DNA of 64,000 bases from IMG/VR virus record IMGVR_UViG_3300042892_000790; one strand, written 5' to 3'. This DNA is from an uncultured virus (IMG/VR IMGVR_UViG_3300042892_000790). Lineage: Duplodnaviria > Heunggongvirae > Uroviricota > Caudoviricetes > Crassvirales. The notes under the pieces were generated by a model. That model was not told the origin of the DNA and ran no database searches. It saw only the letters and a list, made by a program, of their open reading frames with translations. Below are positions 15,762 through 25,248 of this stretch, piece by piece (positions within the stretch are counted from its first letter, which is position 1; the number at the start of each line of letters is the position of its first letter). A program made the position numbers and the translations under genes.

Positions 15762-15996
15762 CGGCTACCAATACACCACCGAACAAGAAGCAATCAATGC
15801 TCGTGAAGCGTGTGACGCTTATTACGGCATACCCGTTGCACCTGATGATGTTACACAAAATTGGGTTGATTATCAGTTTGCAGAACTGAACACACCGCAA
15901 TTTTGGTACATTGTTTTTGATGAATCATTACTCATAGTCCTAGGGACTCCGAGTACGTTTGAAGTTGTCACCCCTCCATTCCCTCCCGTAAATTAA
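15748..15996 (+). CDS. small fibre-associated protein
   Basis: Follows fibre gene; Pro-rich C-terminus. Confidence 0.6.
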   Translation: MASINGYQYTTEQEAINAREACDAYYGIPVAPDDVTQNWVDYQFAELNTPQFWYIVFDESLLIVLGTPSTFEVVTPPFPPVN

Positions 15997-16011
15997 TTAT
16001 ATTTGTAGTAA

Positions 16012-16188
16012 ATGATCCATCAGACTGACTCAGCCGCTAATACTCTCACAACAATTACGGGGGTCGCAGCCGTAGCATCTTTTGCCACAGCATGGCAGCC
16101 AATCATATCAATGATCGTAGGACTGATCGGTTGCATCTCCGGTGTACTAGCATGCGTTTACTACGTTAAAGGAATCGTAAAGAAATGA
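16012..16188 (+). CDS. small 2-TM holin-like protein (58 aa)
   Basis: Read manually; promoter at 15998; hydrophobic segments and basic tail. Confidence 0.55.
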   Translation: MIHQTDSAANTLTTITGVAAVASFATAWQPIISMIVGLIGCISGVLACVYYVKGIVKK

Positions 16189-16442
16189 AACTACCCGTAA
16201 GTTTTTCCGAGTTTCAGAAGAATCCAGTAGCCGCGGTCGCTTTCTGCATGCTTTTAGTGGTCGGTTACCTTTACGTTGACCTCAGATCGGGATACACAGA
16301 CCAGATAGAGAAGTCTAACAAGAAGATCGACGCACTAGAGGTTAAGATCGACAAGATGGCCTACGCACTCAAGAGAAGCGATTCTGCGCTCTCTGCTGCA
16401 ATAACAGAGCTTCGTATTATAAATACCGTCAAAAAGCTATGA
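16185..16442 (+). CDS. membrane-anchored coiled-coil protein
   Basis: N-terminal TM plus coiled coil. Confidence 0.6.
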   Translation: MKLPVSFSEFQKNPVAAVAFCMLLVVGYLYVDLRSGYTDQIEKSNKKIDALEVKIDKMAYALKRSDSALSAAITELRIINTVKKL

Positions 16443-16843
16443 AGTACGTTGTAATCGCCTTATTTGCGTTTGCTATCTCGATAGAGATTGCATTCCCAGT
16501 AAGAGCCATTTCGGTACCTCCTATAGACGAGATCGAGATGATGATGGCCAAGATCCAAGACAATCTTAAGATGGCGTCACAGGTTACACAGATGGCACAG
16601 TCTAAAAGTGCAGCACTTGTTGCACAAAAGCAGCAGGAGAAGGCCGACCTCAAAGAGGCGGTGGTAGCTGCTGAGAAAAAGTCAGAGATGTTCGCGGCTA
16701 AGATGATTAGTGCGGGACTTGACACGGCCATCGAAGAGGTAAAAATGACCGGTCCAGCATACGACGCTTACCTCAACTACGTTGAAGAGGGCGGAAAAGA
16801 AGAGTTCGACTATTTTAGAATGTACCTATGGCAGCAAAAGTAA
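16439..16843 (+). CDS. signal/TM-anchored helical protein
   Basis: Hydrophobic N-terminus, helical body. Confidence 0.6.
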   Translation: MKYVVIALFAFAISIEIAFPVRAISVPPIDEIEMMMAKIQDNLKMASQVTQMAQSKSAALVAQKQQEKADLKEAVVAAEKKSEMFAAKMISAGLDTAIEEVKMTGPAYDAYLNYVEEGGKEEFDYFRMYLWQQK

Positions 16844-16950
16844 AGTCAAACGTATCCACCTTCAGAGCAAAGCCACGCAAGAAATTGCGCCGGCACACAA
16901 AGCACGCTAACAAGCACAACAGCTCTAAGCCTTATAACCGTCAAGGATAA
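16828..16950 (+). CDS. tiny basic protein (40 aa, MAAKVKSNVSTFRAKPRKK...)
   Basis: Read manually; TAATG coupling to the next gene. Confidence 0.55.
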   Translation: MAAKVKSNVSTFRAKPRKKLRRHTKHANKHNSSKPYNRQG

Positions 16951-17294
16951 TGAAAGACGCTTGCTACACCAAGGTAAAGGCACAGTACTCTGTCTTCCCA
17001 TCCGCCAGGGCTTCGCAAGCAATTGCTAAGTGCAGGAAAGGGAGCGGGGTAGTTAGAAAGACAAAGGCCGGATCAGACCTAAAGCGTTGGGGATCCGAGA
17101 AGTGGGTAGACACCAAGAGCGGAAAGGCCTGCGGGGCCGGTGGCTCTAACGAGTACTGCCGACCGTCGAAAAGGGTATCTTCCAAGACTCCGGTAACAAG
17201 GTCAGAGATGAGCCTGTCAAAGCTAGCAGCAAAGAAGGCCGAGAAGTCAAGAGTGGGCATGGGCTCACGGGTGAGCAATGTAAAGAGGAAATGA
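16950..17294 (+). CDS. basic Cys-containing phage protein
   Basis: KDACYTKVK..Y.VFPSA.AS.AIAKCRK; WGSEKWVD...CG...YCRP. Confidence 0.7.
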   Translation: MKDACYTKVKAQYSVFPSARASQAIAKCRKGSGVVRKTKAGSDLKRWGSEKWVDTKSGKACGAGGSNEYCRPSKRVSSKTPVTRSEMSLSKLAAKKAEKSRVGMGSRVSNVKRK

Positions 17295-17372
17295 TGCTCG
17301 AGGGTTTCTTGTTCGGGCTATTATTCATTACCTTTACAATCGGAATTTCATACATTATAGGAGAGTACTTAG

Positions 17373-17642
17373 ATGGCAAAGATTACAGGGAAAAACACTA
17401 GACCGGGCAGTAACAAAGTTACTGGCCGAGATTATTTAAAAGAAAAAGAGTATCAGTCTTCCCCCAAACGCCGGGCGTATCGCAGTGAGCTAAACGCAGA
17501 GGCACGCGAGAGAGGCATCTACGGAAAGCGTAGTGCAATGGGCAAAGACCTGTCGCACACCAAGGACGGGAAGATGGTTCTGGAGAGCAAGTCTTTGAAT
17601 CGCCGTCGCCAAGGAGCCAACGGCAAGTCGACAAAGAAATAA
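17373..17642 (+). CDS. small basic protein, HNH-like C-terminus
   Basis: RDY..E..YQ...GKDLSH...S.NR. Confidence 0.55.
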   Translation: MAKITGKNTRPGSNKVTGRDYLKEKEYQSSPKRRAYRSELNAEARERGIYGKRSAMGKDLSHTKDGKMVLESKSLNRRRQGANGKSTKK

Positions 17643-17671
17643 CTAACCCAAGGTTAGTTATCTTTGCATAA

Positions 17672-18454
17672 ATGTTCAGACCACCGACCAAATACTCCGA
17701 ATATTTACAGGACGTACAAAAATCCATAGACTACATTCTTAGGCGTGTAAACGCTAAGTACGTGTCTAAGATCGTGGCCGGCACAAATGTCACCATATCT
17801 CCGGCTGACGGAACAGGCACTGTTACCATAAATGCTACAGGTGGTGGAGTTACACAAATCGTAGCTGGAACCAACATCAGTATAACACCGGCCGGTGGAA
17901 CAGGTGTCGTTACCATAAACTCACCCGTAAGCGCAGGATCAACGGGTTTCTACGGTGCGTTCTCAGACTACACAAACCAGACAGCGGCAGCGATAAATAC
18001 CGGGTATCCGATGAGGCTTGGTGTTACAGACCTAAACAACGAGGTCACCATACAGAGCAACTCAAGGATCACCTTTAACTTCGCAGGAAAGTATAACCTA
18101 CAATGGTCTGGTCAATTTGTAAATCCAGACACGCAGGAGCATGACGCAAGTATATGGCTCAGAAGGAACGGAACAAACGTAACGGGGAGTACTGGACTTG
18201 TATCTGTAGCCTCAAGACACGGAGGAATAGATGGGCACGTCCTTCCAGCATGGAACTATGTGGTAGATGTAAGTGCTAACGACTACTACGAGTTTGTGTG
18301 GAGCACAAGTTCTACTCAAGTTTATTTAGCATCAAGACCAGCCACAGCGTTCTCTCCGTCTACCGCATCTGTTATTGTAACTGCGACTCCAGTAAGTGCG
18401 GGCTCTGACTCGGAGAGTGTTGGATCAAAACTATACCTATTTAATAACCTATAA
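17672..18454 (+). CDS. fibre protein with repeated IVAGTN(V/I)xI motif and beta-sandwich tip
   Basis: Two GTN-type repeats; C1q/BclA-like C-terminus. Confidence 0.65.
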   Translation: MFRPPTKYSEYLQDVQKSIDYILRRVNAKYVSKIVAGTNVTISPADGTGTVTINATGGGVTQIVAGTNISITPAGGTGVVTINSPVSAGSTGFYGAFSDYTNQTAAAINTGYPMRLGVTDLNNEVTIQSNSRITFNFAGKYNLQWSGQFVNPDTQEHDASIWLRRNGTNVTGSTGLVSVASRHGGIDGHVLPAWNYVVDVSANDYYEFVWSTSSTQVYLASRPATAFSPSTASVIVTATPVSAGSDSESVGSKLYLFNNL

Positions 18455-18456
18455 AA

Positions 18457-18858
18457 ATGGCAAACATTAATCCCATATTTGCACTCACCCCAGACGTCCC
18501 AATAGTAACGGTAACGGCCGCTACAACGGACAGGACCGGTGCAACAACTACAAACTTGGTCAACCTATTGACCGCAACTTCAAGTGGCACGAAGATAACT
18601 CAGATCGGTGCTAAGGTGGCAGGAAACAACGCTGCAACGCTTGTTCTGATATTTATCACAGACACTGCGGGTGCCAACCCAAAACTATTTGACGAGATTG
18701 CGTTGCCGGCTGTAACGGCAAGCAATCAAGCTACATCACAGAGGCAGGTCAACGTTTACTCAGACTTGCAGCTAAAAGCGGGCCAAATTATAAAAGTTGG
18801 AGCTACTGTTATAAGTGGCGGAAATATTAATATCTTTGCAGTAAAGGGAGACTATTAA
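18457..18858 (+). CDS. virion structural protein
   Basis: T/A-rich beta protein in the fibre cluster. Confidence 0.6.
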   Translation: MANINPIFALTPDVPIVTVTAATTDRTGATTTNLVNLLTATSSGTKITQIGAKVAGNNAATLVLIFITDTAGANPKLFDEIALPAVTASNQATSQRQVNVYSDLQLKAGQIIKVGATVISGGNINIFAVKGDY

Positions 18859-18860
18859 GG

Positions 18861-19034
18861 ATGAGTCAAGAATTTGGATCGATGCGAGGATTTTCTGGGA
18901 CACTGTTCCAGGGAGGGGTGCCAACATTGATTGGAATCATTGGATCGATATACGCAGTCTTGTTCACGTACAGACCTTGGGAGGCGATTACAACGATAAA
19001 TTGGAATGACGTAACAGCAGAAACTTGGAACTAA
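18861..19034 (+). CDS. small protein (57 aa) with Trp-repeat C-terminus
   Basis: Read manually; fills the gap between fibre genes. Confidence 0.5.
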   Translation: MSQEFGSMRGFSGTLFQGGVPTLIGIIGSIYAVLFTYRPWEAITTINWNDVTAETWN

Positions 19035-19035
19035 A

Positions 19036-20214
19036 ATGGGAATTTCACTAACGGGGTTAACCCCATCAACAACATACGACGCCCTAATTAAAGTAGGCGA
19101 CAACGGGCCAATCGACGGAACGTTAAAGACCTTGTCCGACGGGCTTGGGAACGACCTACCAATGGAAGTATCAACGGCGGGTGTAAACTTGACGGGTTCA
19201 CCAACTGTTAACTCTGTTGCGATTGCCAACACCACCCAAGTTGCGGCCAAACAAGATACATTAGTATCGGGAACAAACATTAAGACGGTGAATTCAACAA
19301 CTATTTTAGGTAGCGGGAATTTAGCGGTACAAGATGTATTGGTAAGCGGTACAAACATTAAAACCATCAATGGAACAAGTTTGTTAGGTTCGGGAAACAT
19401 CCCCGTGGTAACATCACCAAGCGGTGTGAGTGGTGCAATTCAGTTCAGCAATGGTAGTGCGTTTGCAAGTGATGCGGCTAACTTGTTTTGGGATGACACC
19501 AATAATAGGTTGGGGGTTGGTACGAATACACCGACACGAAATTTGCAAGTAAATGGTATAGGGGCTTTTATAAATTCCGATGGCAATACTGCCCTATATG
19601 CCACCAATAGTAACACGGGAGTATCCTCAGTATTACACGCAAACTGCGGAAGTGCAAATATGTATTTTGGTGGATTTGGATTACTTACCAATTCCGATTC
19701 AACTTTTGGACAATTAACAACTTTAGGCGCAAGGGTCGGCATCAAAGGCAGTGGCACAACATCAGGCACTACATCGCTTTTGGTGCAGAATAGTGCGGGG
19801 ACGGCAACATTGACCGCAAGGGATGACGGCAAAATCCTTATTAGAGATTACATTTCGGGAGTAGGAGAAAATGCGTATTTGAGATTAAACAATTCAAATG
19901 GGTTTGAAGGTGGGTATAATGAAGGCAGTGGAGGTTCATTTCAAGCGGGTGGTTCAACGGTCAATTTGAACATTGGAGGGAGTAAAATTTTACAAGGGTA
20001 TTCGGGTGGTATTTCAATAGGAAAAGGGGCATCAAACCCCGTTGCATCTGCTCAATTAGAAGTGTTCAGCACAACGAAAGGATTTTTGCCTCCCGTGATG
20101 ACAACAACCCAAAGAAACGCCATCGCATCACCTGCCACGGGATTGGTTGTTTACGATTCAACAACAAACAAACTATGTTGCTACAATGGTAGCACTTGGA
20201 ACGATTTATTCTAA
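19036..20214 (+). CDS. tail fibre protein
   Basis: Tandem QDxLVSGTNIKTxNxTxxLGSGN repeat; RLGVGTNTP; STTKGFLPPVMTTTQRNAI. Confidence 0.75.
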   Translation: MGISLTGLTPSTTYDALIKVGDNGPIDGTLKTLSDGLGNDLPMEVSTAGVNLTGSPTVNSVAIANTTQVAAKQDTLVSGTNIKTVNSTTILGSGNLAVQDVLVSGTNIKTINGTSLLGSGNIPVVTSPSGVSGAIQFSNGSAFASDAANLFWDDTNNRLGVGTNTPTRNLQVNGIGAFINSDGNTALYATNSNTGVSSVLHANCGSANMYFGGFGLLTNSDSTFGQLTTLGARVGIKGSGTTSGTTSLLVQNSAGTATLTARDDGKILIRDYISGVGENAYLRLNNSNGFEGGYNEGSGGSFQAGGSTVNLNIGGSKILQGYSGGISIGKGASNPVASAQLEVFSTTKGFLPPVMTTTQRNAIASPATGLVVYDSTTNKLCCYNGSTWNDLF

Positions 20215-20234
20215 TTTTGTAAAAAAATAAGACA

Positions 20235-20579
20235 ATGCAAGCAATAAAAATCAATACCAATGTAAACCTTACAAGCGGTTTATCAATCCCATCGGGTTCA
20301 GTAGTAGTAATCGCAGAAGGTTACGCATCAGTTAAAGACCAAAAAGACGGAATCATCCCCGCCCAAATCGCAACCTTTGTTTTTGCAAGTGTACAAGCAT
20401 TGGCAGAAGGCAAAGCCCCGATTCAAGGCATTGAAGATTTTAACACCACTTTTTCCAACCTTGAATTATCGGTGGTATCGTACGAAACAATCCCCGCAGA
20501 ATCATTGTTGGTAAATGCCGTGTACGATGCATTGGTAGCCATTTATGGTGCGGAGAATGTGGAACAAATAACTGTATGA
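20235..20579 (+). CDS. fibre-associated protein
   Basis: Follows the tail fibre gene. Confidence 0.55.
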   Translation: MQAIKINTNVNLTSGLSIPSGSVVVIAEGYASVKDQKDGIIPAQIATFVFASVQALAEGKAPIQGIEDFNTTFSNLELSVVSYETIPAESLLVNAVYDALVAIYGAENVEQITV

Positions 20580-20809
20580 AAAAGTTAATGGAAATGTTCA
20601 AGGGCGACAAGGGAGAAATCTCTTCCAAGCGCGTCGTTGGGATCGTTGGTGCCTTGGTCCTTTTTGCGACCATGGCACACAACAGCCTCAGCCCAGAGGA
20701 GATCGCTCCTAGCAAGGACCTCGTAGCCGCGGTTGAGTTTGTGGTGATCGCGTGCCTTGGATTCACAAGCATCGATAAGTTCGCAAATAAAGAAAATGCC
20801 GAAGGATAA
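20576..20809 (+). CDS. holin-like 2-TM protein
   Basis: SSKRVVG + two TM helices. Confidence 0.6.
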   Translation: MKKLMEMFKGDKGEISSKRVVGIVGALVLFATMAHNSLSPEEIAPSKDLVAAVEFVVIACLGFTSIDKFANKENAEG

Positions 20810-21086
20810 GCCGATAGCAAAGACGACCACCGGAAAGGGTGCCAACTACTTGCCAACGAGCAAGGGTGCAGGCATGACTGCCAAGGGGGTAGCTGCGTAT
20901 CGCAAGGCCAATCCAGGCAGTAAGCTAAAGACTGCCGTAACTGGAAAGGTCAAGGCCGGTAGTGCAGACGCAAAGAGACGCAAGTCGTTCTGTGCTCGCA
21001 GCGCTGGCCAGATGGCAGACTTCCCAAAGGCAGCTGCAGACCCGAACTCACGCCTCAGACAGGCACGTAAACGCTGGAAATGTTAA
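20796..21086 (+). CDS. basic phage protein (DUF6321-like)
   Basis: GMTAKGVAAYRKANPGSKLKTAV...RRKSFCARS...DPNSRL..ARKRWKC. Confidence 0.7.
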   Translation: MPKDKPIAKTTTGKGANYLPTSKGAGMTAKGVAAYRKANPGSKLKTAVTGKVKAGSADAKRRKSFCARSAGQMADFPKAAADPNSRLRQARKRWKC

Positions 21087-21490
21087 AATACGCTATTGCT
21101 ATATTGTTACTAACATCGTGCAGTGCTAACTGGCACTTGAAGCGTGCTATCAAAAAAGACCCATCACTACTCTTGAGTAGGGATACGGTATTGGTACACG
21201 ACACCCAGTTCGTAACAAAGGAGCGTGTGCTTACCGACAGCTTCTTTACCACCTGCTACGATACCATCACACTTGAGGACAGCTTTGTATACACTCAGGT
21301 GATCCGCAGGGACAATGTGATTAAAGTTTACACTAAGTGTAAGTCAGATACCGTACGTATTACTACGAAGATCCCTTTCAGCTTGCCCCCAACAGTGTCG
21401 TATAAGAACGATCCGTTCTGGAAATCTTTGGCAATTGCGTTTGGAACCTTGTTATTGTTAATTATTATCATTAGATTTGTACTTAAATGA
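21080..21490 (+). CDS. lipoprotein with C-terminal TM, unimolecular spanin-like
   Basis: LLLTSC lipobox, beta-rich middle, C-terminal hydrophobic helix. Confidence 0.6.
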   Translation: MLKYAIAILLLTSCSANWHLKRAIKKDPSLLLSRDTVLVHDTQFVTKERVLTDSFFTTCYDTITLEDSFVYTQVIRRDNVIKVYTKCKSDTVRITTKIPFSLPPTVSYKNDPFWKSLAIAFGTLLLLIIIIRFVLK

Positions 21491-21735
21491 AATCGTTAGA
21501 AACACAAGAATTGGAATCGCTTAGATCTTTGAGCTCAAAGGTAAAGACCTTGAAAGAAGAGATTGCTGACATTGAAGTAAACTTGTCTCGCTTGAACAAC
21601 CGTAAGCCTGCTCTTATCTTTGATATTGAGAACACCGCCGAGGAGTTGACTAGCCTGCAAGGAGAATTGCAAGAGAAGTACGGTAACGTTGTTATCGACC
21701 TAAACACAGGAGAAATAAAAGATGGGCAATATTAA
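21487..21735 (+). CDS. coiled-coil protein
   Basis: Heptads; LQEKYGNVVIDLNTGEI. Confidence 0.65.
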   Translation: MKSLETQELESLRSLSSKVKTLKEEIADIEVNLSRLNNRKPALIFDIENTAEELTSLQGELQEKYGNVVIDLNTGEIKDGQY

Positions 21736-21985
21736 CAACTATACGGTAGACAACTCTTTAGTTGGTACCGAGAAACTTTTGATGTCTAACACACCCGCCG
21801 GTGGTGCGACAAATAACACGACCGTTGATGCGGTTGCTGTTTACACATTCGGAGCGGGAGCTCCTAAAGTTACACAAGCTCAGAGACTCGCTATCGTATC
21901 TCCAGTTGTCGGTCAGTTGGTTTACCAGACAGACGCAACCGAAGGAACGTATCAGTACAAGTCTACGGGCTGGGTTGCGTTATGA
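21722..21985 (+). CDS. small fibre-like protein
   Basis: TQAQRLAIVSPVVGQLVYQTD resembles the C-terminus of 19036..20214. Confidence 0.6.
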   Translation: MGNINNYTVDNSLVGTEKLLMSNTPAGGATNNTTVDAVAVYTFGAGAPKVTQAQRLAIVSPVVGQLVYQTDATEGTYQYKSTGWVAL

Positions 21986-22203
21986 TCGTAAGGAAGGTAT
22001 CTATAGGCCAGGACTACAAGTCTGATGCCATGCACTACGTGCTTGGTCAGGACGTGCTGCGTGGCGAGTACAAGATATCTCTCATGCTATTAAAGGACGA
22101 CGGGACCGTAGCCGTTTGGATCAAGAATGCCTCTGGTATTATGCTTTGGAAGACCTTCAACAGCAACATGCCAATCTCAATCGAATACGACATAGACTTT
22201 TAA
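21982..22203 (+). CDS. conserved hypothetical phage protein
   Basis: IVRKVSIGQDYKSDAMHY..GQ...WK.FN.NMPISIEY. Confidence 0.65.
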   Translation: MIVRKVSIGQDYKSDAMHYVLGQDVLRGEYKISLMLLKDDGTVAVWIKNASGIMLWKTFNSNMPISIEYDIDF

Positions 22204-22208
22204 ATAAA

Positions 22209-22766
22209 ATGAAATCACCGCTCTACTTTGTGGTAGAGCCTGTTGGCGACAAGCTTTACGACAGCACAACAGATTACGGGCTCATACTGAGCTCATCAAA
22301 GGAGGACCACACGGCAACCAATCGATTTGCTACGGTCATCGCCACTCCGATCGGTTACACTGGGGAGATCGTTCCTGGTGACACACTCATGGTACACCAT
22401 AACGTGTTCAGGAAGTACTTCGATGTACGCGGAAAGGAGAAGTACGGCCCATCTCACTTTAGGGACAAGACCTTCTTCATCGACTTCGATCAGTTCTTTT
22501 TGTACAAGCACGAAGACGTCTGGAAGGCGCCGCACCCGTACTGCATGGTCAAGCCATTGGAGAATGATAACTCCACTATCATCAAGAGCACTGACATGGA
22601 GGCGCCGCTGGTCGGGATCCTCAAGTACGGAAACGAGTACCTTTACTCTAAGGGGCTCAAGGACGGTGACACGATTAGTTTCCAGCCGGAGAGCGAGTAC
22701 CCGTTCACGGTGGACGGAGAGAAGCTGTACCGGATGTTTAGCAAGAACATATGCGTGGCACTATGA
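22209..22766 (+). CDS. tandem GroES-like domain protein
   Basis: Two GroES-like halves (FVVEP...IVPGDTLMVHH; MVKP...LKDGDTISF...LYRM). Confidence 0.55.
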   Translation: MKSPLYFVVEPVGDKLYDSTTDYGLILSSSKEDHTATNRFATVIATPIGYTGEIVPGDTLMVHHNVFRKYFDVRGKEKYGPSHFRDKTFFIDFDQFFLYKHEDVWKAPHPYCMVKPLENDNSTIIKSTDMEAPLVGILKYGNEYLYSKGLKDGDTISFQPESEYPFTVDGEKLYRMFSKNICVAL

Positions 22767-23047
22767 CCGAGAAAGAATTCAAGGAAAAGATTATAGAGGC
22801 CGCGGAGAAGGCTATACACGAGCTGATCGCGGTAGCAAAGGAGCCGATCCTGAATAATAACTCAGAGACGGACCTGTCTGCCGACAAGCTGAAGAACGCT
22901 GCGGCTACCAAGAAGCTGGCCATCATGGACGCATTCGACATCCTCAAGAGGATACAGGAGGAGCGTAACATGCTGGACACTCCGGAGGCCAAGGTATCTG
23001 CATCCGTAGAGACCAAGAAGGGATTTGCAGAAAGATTCTCTAAATGA
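22763..23047 (+). CDS. probable terminase small subunit
   Basis: Helical 94-aa protein directly upstream of terL. Confidence 0.5.
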   Translation: MTEKEFKEKIIEAAEKAIHELIAVAKEPILNNNSETDLSADKLKNAAATKKLAIMDAFDILKRIQEERNMLDTPEAKVSASVETKKGFAERFSK

Positions 23048-25248
23048 GCAGGCTGTACGAGGTTATAAAGGATCCGATACCAAAGGATGTATTGACCAAG
23101 GGCAACAAGGCAGGCTCGTGGGAGTACGGGTATAACCCCAAGTACGACGTAATCGTCATCTCCAAGGACGGGACAATCGGTCCGGTATACGAGATCAACG
23201 GTCTTAAGATAGCCCTACCGTTTCCAAAGCATGTAGAGGACCGCGGGGGCAAGTGGGTCCCACAGGAGTACCCAAAGGAGCTTTCTAAGCTGAAGACAAT
23301 ATTCGACTGGAACAAGTACGACAACCAGTTCAAGGGCAAGTGGGTCGACTACATCGAGACAGAGTTTGACAGGAGAGAGCACGGATTCTGGTTCCTTAAC
23401 AAAAAGCAAAAGACATACATTACCGGCACACACTACATGTACCTCCAGTGGACAAAGATCGATATCGGTCTGCCGGAGTTCCGTGAGTCTAACCGCATAT
23501 TCTTCATTTACTGGGAGGCCTGCAAGGCAGACACAAGATGCTTCGGCATGTGCTACCTCAAGAACAGGCGTTCTGGATTCTCGTTCATGAGCTCATCCGA
23601 GCTGGTGAACATTGGTACCATCACAAAGAATGCAAGGCTAGGTATCCTGTCTAAGACCGGATCCGATGCCAAGATCATGTTCACGGACAAGGTCGTCCCT
23701 ATATCTACAAATTACCCGTTCTTCTTCAAGCCGGTTCAGGACGGTATGGACAAGCCTAAGACGGAGCTCGGATTCCGGGTTCCTGCGTCCAAGATCACAC
23801 GCAATAACATGGACAAGAACGAGGAGGACATTGAGGGGCTAGACACGTCCATCGACTGGAAGAACACTGCAGACAACTCGTATGATGGAGAGAAGCTGAA
23901 GCTGCTCATTCATGACGAGAGCGCCAAGTGGACACCACCAAATAACATCGAGACCAACTGGCGTGTAACAAAGACCTGTCTTCGTTTGGGTTCTAGGATC
24001 ATCGGCAAGTGCATGATGGGATCTACCTCTAACGCGATGGACAAGGGCGGATCTGGGTACAAGGTGCTTTACAATGACTCTGACCCAAGAAAGCGAAGCC
24101 AGAACGGGCAGACAAAGAGCGGGCTCTACGGACTCTTTATCCCAATGGAGTGGAACTTCGAGGGATTCATCGACGAGCATGGATGGCCGGTACTTGAGAA
24201 GCCAGAGGAGCCGATCAAGGGAATAGACGGTGGATGGATATCCAACAGCGTTGTCGACTACTGGGAGAACGAGGTACAGTCATTGAAGTCTGACTCGGAC
24301 GCACTGAACGAATTCTATCGTCAGTTCCCACGCACGGAGTCTCACGCATTCCGTGACGAGAGTAAGCAGTCTCTGTTCAACCTGACCAAGATATACCAGC
24401 AGATCGATTACAATGACTCCATGATCAAGGGCCAGATGATCACCCGTGGCAATTTCCACTGGAAGAACGGAGAGAAGGACAGCGAGGTTGTGTGGACGCC
24501 GGAGAATACCGGCAGGTTCTACATCTCGTGGTTCCCCGACAAGCCAAACAATGTCATCGACATCAACGGAAGGAAGAAGCCGGGCAACGAGCACATGGGC
24601 ACGTTCGGATGCGATCCTTACGATATCTCGGGTACCGTAGGCGGTGGCGGATCTAACGGATCTTTGCACGGGATGACAAAGTTCCACATGGACAGCGGTC
24701 CGTGCAACCAGTTCTTTCTGGAGTACATAGCAAGGCCACAGACCGCGGAGATATTCTTCGAGGACGTGCTGATGGCGTGCGTGTTCTACGGAATGCCGGT
24801 ACTGGCGGAGAATAACAAGCCAAGACTACTTTACCACTTTAAGAACAGGGGATACAGGGCGTTCGCTACGAACAGGCCCGACAAGCCCATTGCGAAGCTC
24901 TCTAAGACAGAGATAGAGATCGGGGGGATACCCAACACCTCCGAGGACATTAAGCAGGCTCACGCATCGGCTATCGAGAGTTACATCGAGCAGCAGGTGG
25001 GAATAGACATGGAGGGAACTTACCGTCCGTCGGACGAGATGGGCGTGATGCCGTTCACTAGGACCCTTGAGGACTGGGCCAGATTCGATATCAATAACCG
25101 TACAAAGCACGATGCTTCTATTAGTTCTGGACTTGCAATTATGGCTAACCAAAAACACTTATATTTAAAGGCTGTACAGAAGTCGAAAATAAGCGTTAAA
25201 TTTGCACAATACGATAACAAAGGCTCCGAAAGCCAGTTGATAAGATAA
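23044..25248 (+). CDS. terL: terminase large subunit
   Basis: KNRRSGFS Walker A variant, LLIHDE Walker B, GCDPYD nuclease motif; crAss-type. Confidence 0.92.
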   Translation: MSRLYEVIKDPIPKDVLTKGNKAGSWEYGYNPKYDVIVISKDGTIGPVYEINGLKIALPFPKHVEDRGGKWVPQEYPKELSKLKTIFDWNKYDNQFKGKWVDYIETEFDRREHGFWFLNKKQKTYITGTHYMYLQWTKIDIGLPEFRESNRIFFIYWEACKADTRCFGMCYLKNRRSGFSFMSSSELVNIGTITKNARLGILSKTGSDAKIMFTDKVVPISTNYPFFFKPVQDGMDKPKTELGFRVPASKITRNNMDKNEEDIEGLDTSIDWKNTADNSYDGEKLKLLIHDESAKWTPPNNIETNWRVTKTCLRLGSRIIGKCMMGSTSNAMDKGGSGYKVLYNDSDPRKRSQNGQTKSGLYGLFIPMEWNFEGFIDEHGWPVLEKPEEPIKGIDGGWISNSVVDYWENEVQSLKSDSDALNEFYRQFPRTESHAFRDESKQSLFNLTKIYQQIDYNDSMIKGQMITRGNFHWKNGEKDSEVVWTPENTGRFYISWFPDKPNNVIDINGRKKPGNEHMGTFGCDPYDISGTVGGGGSNGSLHGMTKFHMDSGPCNQFFLEYIARPQTAEIFFEDVLMACVFYGMPVLAENNKPRLLYHFKNRGYRAFATNRPDKPIAKLSKTEIEIGGIPNTSEDIKQAHASAIESYIEQQVGIDMEGTYRPSDEMGVMPFTRTLEDWARFDINNRTKHDASISSGLAIMANQKHLYLKAVQKSKISVKFAQYDNKGSESQLIR

